A DNA stretch of 18,310 bases from Fibrobacteria bacterium (lineage in GTDB: Bacteria; Fibrobacterota; Fibrobacteria; UBA11236), in the NCBI GenBank assembly GCA_041746255.1, contig JBGTHM010000085.1, forward strand, positions 1-18,310, given 5' to 3'. Shown here piece after piece: positions 7,036-15,100 of the stretch; the stretch's first letter is position 1; each line of letters begins with the position of its first letter. Made by a program: the position numbers and the translations under genes. The notes below the pieces were generated by a model. That model saw only the letters and a list, made by a program, of their open reading frames with translations, made no database searches and was not told the origin of the DNA.

Positions 7036-8333
7036 GTGAATATTCCCAGCGCCAGGGGCGGCAGGTATTGGGGTATTCGCAGCCAGTCCACTTCCTGCCA
7101 ATTCCCCGTGAGGTGAAATCGATAGCCCACAAAATAGTTAACCGATATGGTGCCCGTCAGAAGCAGCCAGGGGAGGCTGAGACGCAGCGAGGCGAAGGGG
7201 AGGATCCACAGCAGGTACCAGGGATGGAGGGTGGGGAGAAACAGGAGAAGTAAACCCATCAGCCACAGTGCCTGGGTGGCCGGACTTTTACCTCGGATAA
7301 ATCGATACACCCAAGGGATACAAAACAGGAACAGTAGTCTGGAGCCCCATGTGCCTATTTGGGCCTGACCGCATACCTCTCCCACCTTTTCCCATAAATA
7401 CGGGATGATGGCGTTATACGCATAGGACTCTCCGAAATGGGCGATATTTTCGAGTGTTCCCGTAAGCGCCAGGATAGGGACTACCAGGATAAGGATGAGT
7501 GACGATGCAATTACCGGCTTGGTAACGGACTTACCCGTAAACAAAAGGGGTAAGAGGGTCAGGGAGATGATTTTGAACAAAATGGATACGGAGAGAAATA
7601 ATGCAGAGGGTAATAAGGAACGATAGGGTAAAGCGACCAGAAAGGCAAGCATGGAGATGAGGAGCAGGCTTTCAAAGTGGCCCCGGCCGGCAATTTCGAA
7701 AATAAGCAAGGGGTTGAGGAAAAACACCGCAAGAACTTTTTCCGGGGCTCCTTCCCTAATTTGCAATTTCCGCAATAGATACAGGGAGGGAATTTCCACC
7801 AGGGTCAAAGCCAGTTTGAAAAAAAATGGGGTGGCTGAGACGGTGGCCAGTAAACCGAAAAAAATTTGCGTGAGCGGCGGATAAATCGCGGGATGATAGG
7901 GATGGTTGATCAGTGGCCAGGCAGCATCCCTTAGCGACTCAAGGCTGGGGCTGTCCGGCGCCAAGGCATAAGGATTGAATCCTTCCAGCAACACCCGGGC
8001 TTCCCAAACGTACCGATAGATGTCGTCGCTGGGGTGAATCCATAGGGCCAGAACGCGAGCACTGATTCCGAACCATAACAAGCGGCGGAATGGAAGTACG
8101 ACCAGACCCTGCACGAAGGCGCGCCAATAATAGGCGAAAGCCAGGAGCATCAAGGGCAGAAAAAAGTGAAAGTAACGCTCGACGTCGCCGAGCAAAGCAA
8201 TCCCGGCGTAAGGCGCGAGAAATAGGAATGGGGCTAGGCGTTCTGCGGTTCCGTTACCAGGGATTCGGCCAGGGTTTCGGTGGCCGGATTGAACTGGTAA
8301 AGCTTCTTCAGGTAATGAATCAGGGACATGCAT
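6996..8333 (-). CDS. Polytopic GT-C fold glycosyltransferase (GT87/DUF2029-like); start uncertain
   Basis: Roughly 10-12 hydrophobic segments. First-loop acidic motif SDDIYRYVWE, GFNPY, NHP...IYPP, NPLLIFE..G.GHFE, K after a TM segment, and HPWYLLW. The ATG at 8333 overlaps the upstream gene by 100 bp, so the true start may be further downstream. Confidence 0.75.
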   Translation of the reverse strand: MHVPDSLPEEALPVQSGHRNPGRIPGNGTAERLAPFLFLAPYAGIALLGDVERYFHFFLPLMLLAFAYYWRAFVQGLVVLPFRRLLWFGISARVLALWIHPSDDIYRYVWEARVLLEGFNPYALAPDSPSLESLRDAAWPLINHPYHPAIYPPLTQIFFGLLATVSATPFFFKLALTLVEIPSLYLLRKLQIREGAPEKVLAVFFLNPLLIFEIAGRGHFESLLLISMLAFLVALPYRSLLPSALFLSVSILFKIISLTLLPLLFTGKSVTKPVIASSLILILVVPILALTGTLENIAHFGESYAYNAIIPYLWEKVGEVCGQAQIGTWGSRLLFLFCIPWVYRFIRGKSPATQALWLMGLLLLFLPTLHPWYLLWILPFASLRLSLPWLLLTGTISVNYFVGYRFHLTGNWQEVDWLRIPQYLPPLALGIFTWLRTRTSPPVSG

Positions 8334-9781
8334 CCTACCACCGTGAATCCCACCGAGTACAATCCTAGGAACGGACCGACGAGGTATTTCTGCGCTTCAA
8401 TGTACATGATGAAGCCGAAAAAGCAGTAGGCGCCCAGCGAAAGTTCCACTATGGAGCCGATGGGAAACTTGGACTTATAGGTTTGAATGGCCTTGTCGCC
8501 TGCCTTGGGTGTGCGTATGAAGGTGCCCTTGTTCCCCGAAAGCGCGGAGGTTACGGCCCGGGTGTTGTTGAAGGCTACTCCGACTCCCAACGCCATCAGG
8601 GTCGGCAGAGACAAAATGCGGCTTTTCCAATTTTTCCGGGAAACCCGTTGCGCAACCATGTAGAGAATGGATGGCGCCAGAGAGGAAATGAGAATCAGAG
8701 CGCAAAGACTGGCGAAGGCGAATGTGCCGACTTTAAATGGAAAGAAAATAAGCAAGGGGGCCGCGAGAATCGCGGTGGAAAGCATCAGGGGATGAATGGC
8801 GTAATGCGTGGTATGCAGGATGGATTGCAGTTTGACGGGAAGTGATTGATTCGACATCAGAACCCTGGGCAGCAGCTTCATAGCCGTTTGGATGGAACCT
8901 TTGGCCCATCGGAACTGTTGCGATTTGAAGGCGTTGATATCGGAAGGCAGCTCGGCGGGTACGACCAGATCGTAAAGGAATTTCATGCGCCATCCGGCCA
9001 GTTGGGCGCGATAAGAAAGGTCCATATCTTCGGTGAGGGTATCTCCCTGCCAGCCTCCGGCTGCTTCGATTGCTTCACGTCGCCATACGCCCGCGGTTCC
9101 GTTGAAGTTCATGAATAGGCGGCCCCAAGAACGCGCCGACTGTTCAATGACAAAGTGGCCGTCTATGCCAATGGACTGGGCCAGGGTGAGCGAGGATTCA
9201 TGGGAATTGAGATGGCCCCAACGCGCCTGTACCAGGCCAACCTTGTCGTCCATCATCAGGAAGGGAATGGAACGGAGGAGATAATCGCGTGGAGGAACGA
9301 AATCGGCGTCGAAAATGGCGAGGAATTCTCCCCTGGCTACCATCATCCCCTCTTCGAGGGCTCCCGCTTTATAGTCGTGCCGGTTGGTTCGGTGGATATG
9401 GACGATATCATGTCCTTCGGCCTGCATTTCAGCCACCAGCCGGGCGCATAATTCTTCCGACCCGTCGGTGGAGTCGTCCAGAACCTGGATTTCATGCTTG
9501 CCCATCGGATATTCCATGGCGCAGACGGCTCGGACCAGGCGCTCTACTACGTTGGTTTCATTGTAGACCGGTAACTGCGTGGTTACGATAGGGAGGTTTT
9601 CCATTCCATCCTCCGCATAGTAGCGACGCAGTTTGCGTTGATCTCCGACCACTTCCTTGCGTTGGTTCTTCAAAAAAATCGTCAAGAGCCAATAACAATT
9701 GATGCCATAAATGAAAAGGCCTATGGATGCGAAGGCATACAGCCCGAAAAGGAGATAGACGAATAGGTCCATGGCAGTCAC
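8234..9781 (-). CDS. Membrane-bound processive GT2, cellulose-synthase-like (CslA/CslC-type)
   Basis: QLPVYNE, QVLDDSTD, YKAGAL, IFDADF (DXD), VQARW, FNGTAGVWR, TED and QQFRW (QxxRW), FIRTPK. One N-terminal and several C-terminal TM segments; no PilZ domain. GTG at 9781 overlaps the upstream TGA (GTGA); ATG at 9772 is an alternative start. Confidence 0.9.
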   Translation of the reverse strand: MTAMDLFVYLLFGLYAFASIGLFIYGINCYWLLTIFLKNQRKEVVGDQRKLRRYYAEDGMENLPIVTTQLPVYNETNVVERLVRAVCAMEYPMGKHEIQVLDDSTDGSEELCARLVAEMQAEGHDIVHIHRTNRHDYKAGALEEGMMVARGEFLAIFDADFVPPRDYLLRSIPFLMMDDKVGLVQARWGHLNSHESSLTLAQSIGIDGHFVIEQSARSWGRLFMNFNGTAGVWRREAIEAAGGWQGDTLTEDMDLSYRAQLAGWRMKFLYDLVVPAELPSDINAFKSQQFRWAKGSIQTAMKLLPRVLMSNQSLPVKLQSILHTTHYAIHPLMLSTAILAAPLLIFFPFKVGTFAFASLCALILISSLAPSILYMVAQRVSRKNWKSRILSLPTLMALGVGVAFNNTRAVTSALSGNKGTFIRTPKAGDKAIQTYKSKFPIGSIVELSLGAYCFFGFIMYIEAQKYLVGPFLGLYSVGFTVVGCMSLIHYLKKLYQFNPATETLAESLVTEPQNA

Positions 9782-10401
9782 TTTATATTCAAATGGTTCA
9801 GTGGTTGAGTTTGTCGTACAAGCCGGAAATCGTCTTCCGTATCGACATCTGTAAGAGTCGGGAGTAAAAGGTAGCTAATATTTTCCTGCTTCAGGATGGT
9901 TTTTGTCGTTTCCAGGACTAGGGACGTGCTCCATGGGATACCGGAAAAAAGTGTAGGTACTTCACGCCGTAATCCCAGCAGATAATAGCCACCGTCATGC
10001 GCCGGTCCAAGCACCGCCTCGTGTGTTTCCAAAACTTCAAAAGCTCTGGCCAGTATGTGCTTATCCAGCTGGGGACAATCCGTTCCGATAACCACCACTT
10101 TATCTATTCCCTCTTGGAATGCCTCCGCAAAGCCTAGGTGCATCCTGTCGCCGAGGGAACCCGCGCCTTGTGGGCGTATGGAACCGGGTTCGGTTGCCCA
10201 TTCTGGGCGGTTGGCGGCATATTGGTCGGGTGTTACCCGTAATTCCGTAGTGTATCCGGCTTCTTGAGCAGTATCAAAGGTATGGGTCAACAGCGCCCGA
10301 TAGATTTCCAAAGCGGCATCTGCCCCCATTGTACTGGCCAGCCTGGTCTTGCAACGCCCTCTTTCCGGAAAACGTGCAAAAATAATCAGTCTTGACTTCA
10401 T
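9778..10401 (-). CDS. TIGR04282/DUF2064 family transferase (CofC/MobA-like nucleotidyltransferase fold)
   Basis: Family motifs FARFPERGRCKTRL, QGAGSLGDRM, IGTDCPQL, LGPAHDGGYYLLG, IPWST and DVDTEDD; 207 aa. Confidence 0.88.
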   Translation of the reverse strand: MKSRLIIFARFPERGRCKTRLASTMGADAALEIYRALLTHTFDTAQEAGYTTELRVTPDQYAANRPEWATEPGSIRPQGAGSLGDRMHLGFAEAFQEGIDKVVVIGTDCPQLDKHILARAFEVLETHEAVLGPAHDGGYYLLGLRREVPTLFSGIPWSTSLVLETTKTILKQENISYLLLPTLTDVDTEDDFRLVRQTQPLNHLNIK

Positions 10402-10512
10402 TCTGGACCACGATAATTTCGTTCGTCAAGCATGGAAAAAGGTAATTATTCTCCTGCCGGCGACGGTGTGGAAATGGATTTTTTTAAATCCAGCGCTTGC
10501 GTTTAAAACCAT

Positions 10513-10542
10513 AAACAGGCCCGGGGAAGGCCTGTTTTTCTT
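10513..10542. terminator. Probable intrinsic terminator, possibly bidirectional, downstream of the Cys-rich gene
   Basis: Perfect inverted repeat AAACAGGCC (10513-10521) / GGCCTGTTT (10529-10537) with a 7-nt loop. The U tail is TTTTTCTT on + and TTTATGGTTTT on -. It lies about 35 bp past the stop at 10575. Confidence 0.7.
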
Positions 10543-10574
10543 GTCGGTTCAATAGAGCGCGGCTGGTTGCTTTG

Positions 10575-11093
10575 CTATCCGTTTTCTCCTGAAGGAGATG
10601 ATGCCGCGCGGCCGCGTCGTCTGGATTCAAACGGTGCTAAAAGGGGTTGTTTCAGCGCATATTCCTCGAATTGCGACTCATAATCCGACCAGACATGGGC
10701 CGATGCCGACTTCGAATATTGGGGACGTCGACCCTGTGCCTGCATTCTCGAGAAATGGTTGCGTTGATGCTCAGTGCGGTGATTTTCGCAATACCGGGGA
10801 TAAATTTTATGGTCCGGATAGACGGTAAAGGAATATTGGCGTTGGCATCCGTCCAAAGAACATGTCATGGATTTTACCAGGGGCTTTTTCTCCGTGGTTT
10901 CCAGTAACAGATTACATTCCTCAGCTTCGACGATTTCCTTCGGAATAAATCTTTCCGCCCTGCTCTTTCGGGTCCGATGTTGGGGGCAATAGAGTGAGGT
11001 GGGGCTTCCTTCGAACCTGGACCCGCACCCGGGGTGCTTGCAAGATCGAGTCTCTCTTCTCACTCGGCAGGGGTTATTGGAGTGGAGGATCAT
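10575..11093 (-). CDS. Hypothetical protein with two C3H-type putative zinc-binding repeats
   Basis: CKHPGC-x11-YCPQHRT and CSLDGC-x17-YCENHRT. ATG at 11093 follows the SD-like AGGAAGGAAAGG at a 7-nt spacing; the in-frame ATG at 11132 has no SD. It has its own promoter and terminator. Confidence 0.75.
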   Translation of the reverse strand: MILHSNNPCRVRRETRSCKHPGCGSRFEGSPTSLYCPQHRTRKSRAERFIPKEIVEAEECNLLLETTEKKPLVKSMTCSLDGCQRQYSFTVYPDHKIYPRYCENHRTEHQRNHFSRMQAQGRRPQYSKSASAHVWSDYESQFEEYALKQPLLAPFESRRRGRAASSPSGENG

Positions 11094-11134
11094 CTTCGGC
11101 CTTTCCTTCCTAGTACGCGTGAACCGGAACATCT

Positions 11135-11157
11135 TACGTGGATAGCGGGTCCACGCA
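11135..11157 (-). other. Stem-loop at the predicted 5' end of the Cys-rich gene transcript
   Basis: Minus strand TGCGTGGA-CCCGCTA-TCCACGTA forms an 8-bp stem (one G-U pair) starting about 7 nt downstream of the sigma-28 -10 box. Confidence 0.5.
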
Positions 11158-11164
11158 TTATTTC

Positions 11165-11191
11165 ATATCGGCATTCATGCGCCAGGCTTGA
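11165..11191 (-). promoter_or_regulatory. Sigma-28 (FliA/SigD/WhiG-type) promoter
   Basis: Minus strand TCAAG (11191-11187), 14 nt, then GCCGATAT (11172-11165). Matches the established TAAA/TCAA-N15-GCCGATAW consensus with exact spacing and correct orientation. Confidence 0.75.
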
Positions 11192-11293
11192 GGCCTGATG
11201 CTATTTCCTTGTGTATCAATAACTTGTATTCTCACCAGAATCACTGGAAGGGCAAAAATCCAAAGGAGGCTAAGTGGCCGGTTCCAATGGAAA

Positions 11294-11324
11294 TTGATGC
11301 GCATAACGGCGATTAATTTATATT
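11294..11324 (+). promoter_or_regulatory. Candidate promoter giving a leaderless yqgE transcript
   Basis: TATATT (11319-11324) is 6 nt upstream of the ATG at 11331 and there is no SD. A possible -35 TTGATG at 11294-11299 has a long 19-nt spacer. Confidence 0.5.
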
Positions 11325-11330
11325 CAGCAT

Positions 11331-11921
11331 ATGTCAGGACATCAGGGTAGGGCGGAAACCGAATTCAATCCCCAAGAGCATATTTCCCGGCTCGGTGCCG
11401 GTTCCGTTCTGGTGGCTCGCGATTTGGCGGATCCCAATTTCACCAGCACGGTGGTTCTGCTTTGCCAGCATGGGGAGGAGGGTTCCTATGGCCTGGTCCT
11501 CAACCGACCGGCACACATGCCCTTTTCTGAGGTTTTTGAGAATTTCAGTGAACTCCTCGATGTTCCGGGGGGCTTGGGCCAAGCGCTGGAAATTCATATC
11601 GGGGGGCCGGTACAGGGCGAGGAGCTCCAAGTCCTTCAGGTAACCGATATTCCTGCGGAAGGAGCGCTAGAGGTTGTTCCAGGCGTATTTCTGGGCGGAA
11701 AATGGGATAACCTGAGGGATCTTCTCAATAATAAGGATTCCGGGATTCGCCTGTTTCTGGGTTATTCCGGCTGGGGCGCCGAACAGCTGGCTTATGAAAT
11801 CAGTATGAAGGCCTGGGAGGTTTGGCAGGTAGACGTGGCTAAGGTTCTCTCCGGACCCCATACCGCGCTGATGGGTGATGCCAGTCAAATCAAATCCTTT
11901 TTGATGGCTTTGCAGGAGTAG
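11331..11921 (+). CDS. yqgE: YqgE/AlgH family protein (DUF179)
   Basis: DPNFTSTVVLLCQH...GSYGLVLNRP, GGPV and LFLGYSGWGAEQL..E motifs; 196 aa. Confidence 0.9.
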   Translation: MSGHQGRAETEFNPQEHISRLGAGSVLVARDLADPNFTSTVVLLCQHGEEGSYGLVLNRPAHMPFSEVFENFSELLDVPGGLGQALEIHIGGPVQGEELQVLQVTDIPAEGALEVVPGVFLGGKWDNLRDLLNNKDSGIRLFLGYSGWGAEQLAYEISMKAWEVWQVDVAKVLSGPHTALMGDASQIKSFLMALQE

Positions 11922-11975
11922 GGGATAACACCGCTGCTTCAAGCCTTCTTTCTAAATCCTACTTACCCTCGGGAA

Positions 11976-12003
11976 TTGACATTTCCTTAAAAATTGCTTT
12001 ATT
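11976..12003 (+). promoter_or_regulatory. Candidate sigma70 promoter for gltBD (distal)
   Basis: Perfect TTGACA (11976-11981), 16 nt, then TTTATT (11998-12003) preceded by TG (11995-11996). The -10 match is weak. Confidence 0.4.
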
Positions 12004-12092
12004 GGATGGGTTTCCTGCGATTCGCTTGAGCAGTAATTGAGCCACCCCGGCCCACGGGTCTAAAACGGGTTGGGTCGGCGCGGGAAAATGGG

Positions 12093-12121
12093 TTGATTGG
12101 TTTCCCCGATTCGTATAAGCT
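12093..12121 (+). promoter_or_regulatory. Candidate sigma70 promoter for gltBD (proximal)
   Basis: TTGATT (12093-12098), 17 nt, then TAAGCT (12116-12121). SD-like AGGAAAAG precedes the ATG at 12172. Confidence 0.35.
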
Positions 12122-12171
12122 TCGAAGAACCAATAACTTACGATACACATTTTAGGTAGGAAAAGATTAAG

Positions 12172-15100
12172 ATGGTGCCATCCCAGTTTTCGCGTGGCGA
12201 AGGCCTATACGATCCCCGATTTGAACATGACGCCTGCGGAGTCGGTTTCGTCGTCCATATCAAAGGCAAGCGCTCCCATGATATTGTGCTGAAAGGCATT
12301 GAACTTCTGGACAATCTCGAACATCGGGGCGCCTCCGGAGCGGAAAAGAATACCGGGGACGGAGCCGGAATCATTACGCAAATTCCCCACGCTTTTTTCG
12401 TTAAAGTCGCCTCCCAGGAAGGATTCAAACTCCCGGAAGCCGGTGAATATGGGGTGGGTCAGGTTTTCCTTCCCAAGCATCAGGCAAATGCGCGTCGATT
12501 GCAGAGTCTTTTCGGCGGCTGCGTCGAGGAGGCCGGCCAGGAGGTGCTGGGTTGGAGGTCCATCCCCGTCGACAATTCCCAAATCGGTAACATGGCCCGC
12601 GAAGAAGAGCCGGACATGTACCAGGTATTCATCAAAAAAGGCAAGGGCATCAAGGACCCCATGGCCTTTGAACGCAAGCTTTATGTGATTCGGAAAGATT
12701 CCGAAAGCCGGGCGCGCAATTGCGGTATAGAAGGGGCGCGTTCGTTTTACATCGGCTCCCTCTCGCATAAGACCATCGTCTATAAAGGCATGTTGACCTC
12801 GCCTCAGCTTAGGGCCTATTTTCCCGATCTGGCGGATCCCGATTTCGAATCGGCGCTGGCGCTGGTGCATAGCCGCTTTTCCACCAACACCATGCCGGTA
12901 TGGCCGCTTGCCCATCCTTTTCGTTACATTGCTCACAATGGTGAAATCAATACCCTGAGGGGCAACGAGAATTGGATGCGCGCGCGCGAGGCTTTGCTTA
13001 CGTCGAAATTATTCACGCCGGATGAGATCAAAAAACTCCTTCCCATCATAGAAGAAGCGGGATCTGATTCCGCCAAGCTCGACAATGTCGTGGAATTGTT
13101 GCATATGTCAGGACGATCCCTGCCCCATGTAATGATGATGCTCATTCCCGAGGCTTGGGAAAAAGATCCGGAAATGAGCCTGGAGAAAAAGGCCTTTTAC
13201 GAATACCATGGCACCCTGATGGAGCCTTGGGACGGTCCGGCCTCGGTGGCATTCACCGACGGGGAAATGATAGGCGCGACGCTCGACCGCAATGGATTGC
13301 GGCCCTCCAGGTACCAGCTCACAACCGACGACATTCTGGTAATGGCTTCCGAAGCGGGCGTCATCGAATTCCCGCCCGAGAAAATCGTGATGAAGGGACG
13401 ATTGCAGCCGGGAAAGATGTTCGTGGTGAGCCTCGAAGAAGGGCGCATCATTCCCGACGACGAGATCAAGCATAGGATCTGCTCGCGCAAGCCCTATGCC
13501 AAGTGGCTCGCCAAAGGTAAGATCGAATTGGCCCAGCTGAGGCCCACCAGAGAACTGCGTCAGCCTGATACGGAAACCGTGACCAAGCGACAAAAACTCT
13601 TCGGATACTCCCTGGAAGATTTGCGCTTATTGATGTCTCCCATGGTGAATACCGGCGAAGAGGGCATCGGCTCGATGGGAAACGACGCGCCCCTGGCCGT
13701 GCTTTCCGACAAATCGCAAAACCTTTTCAATTATTTCCATCAGCTTTTCGCTCAGGTGACCAACCCTCCCATCGACTCCATACGCGAAGAAATGGTGATG
13801 TCGCTGGTATCCTTCGTGGGCAAGGAAGACAACCTGCTCGAGGAAACGGAAAAGCATTGCCGGGTGATTGAATTGCCTCAGCCGGTACTTACCAACGATG
13901 AACTGGAGCGCTTGCGCTGGGTGGATAAAAACCACTTCCAGGCCCGGACCATTCCCATCGTATTCAAGGCCGCCAGCGGTGAAGGTCGCCTGCAGAAAGC
14001 CCTGGAACGCATCCGTCGTCAGGCTTCGGAAGCCGTTCAAGAAGGCTATAACGTCATCGTGCTTTCTGATCGCCCCATCGATTCGGACCATTGCGCCATT
14101 CCTTCCCTTCTCGCAGTATCAGCGGTGCATCACCACCTCATCCGTGAAGGCATGCGCTCGCAATGCGGGCTTATCATCGAAACGGGCGAAGCGCGCGAGG
14201 TCCATCATTTCGCCCTGCTGCTCGGATATGGCGCCAGCGCCATCAATCCTTATTTGGCCTTCGAAACCATTGAAGACATGCGTCGGCGCAAACTCCTCAT
14301 CGAGGGTCTCACCAACGATAAGGCCCAACAGCTTTACATCAAGTCCATCAATAAGGGCCTGCATAAGGTTATTTCCAAAATGGGCATTTCCACCATCATG
14401 TCCTATATCGGGGCGCAGATGTTCGAAGCGGTGGGCCTCAGCCAGCAAATGGTCGACGAGTTTTTCACGGGCACGGTTTCGCGTCTGGGTGGTATTGACG
14501 TAGACACTCTTGAAGAGGAGACCTTGATTAGGCACCGCTTCGCCTATCCTGCCGAAGAGCGCGAAGACGACGGCATCGACCTCGAGGCTGGAGGCCAATA
14601 CCAATGGCGCCAGCGCGGTGAACGTCATTTATTCAATCCCGAAACGGTGCACCTGCTGCAGCATGCCGCCCGGACCAACAACGTCGACACGTATCAAAAG
14701 TATGCACAGCGTATCGATAACGATAACAAGGCCCTGTATACCATACGCGGTCTTTTGGAGTTCGTTCCCGGCGAATCGGTGCCGCTTGACGAGGTAGAGT
14801 CCGTCGAGAGCATCCTGAAGCGATTCGCTTCCGGAGCCATGTCTTTCGGGTCCATCAGTTGGGAAGCGCATACCACCCTGGCCATCGCCATGAATCGGAT
14901 CGGAGCCCGGAGCAATACCGGCGAGGGCGGCGAGGATCCCGAACGCTTCGTTCCGTTGCCTAACGGCGACAGTATGCGATCCAGCATCAAGCAAGTCGCA
15001 TCCGGCCGCTTCGGGGTCACCTCGAATTATCTGGTCAATGCTGATGAGTTGCAGATTAAAATGGCTCAGGGAGCCAAGCCGGGCGAAGGCGGTCAGCTGC

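Noticed and set aside
7036..7101. N-terminal extension of the DPM1-like GT2 given in the ORF track
   Set aside because: Non-ATG start lying deep inside the GT-C gene; the ATG at 7035 fits the domain boundary better.
8234..9781. Calling this gene bcsA (cellulose synthase)
   Set aside because: Too short, no PilZ domain, and no bcsB/bcsZ/bcsC neighbours.
9778..10401. Calling this gene cofC, or claiming a complete arsenosugar pathway
   Set aside because: Motifs fit DUF2064/TIGR04282, not CofC proper. No F420, arsS or arsM genes are in the window.
11171..11185. Sigma-54-like TGGCGC...TGC upstream of the Cys-rich gene
   Set aside because: GG-to-GC spacing is 9 nt rather than the required 10. The overlapping sigma-28 match has exact spacing.
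12002..12018. Sigma-54-like TTGGA...TGC upstream of gltB
   Set aside because: GG-to-GC spacing is 11 nt and the -24 box is poor.
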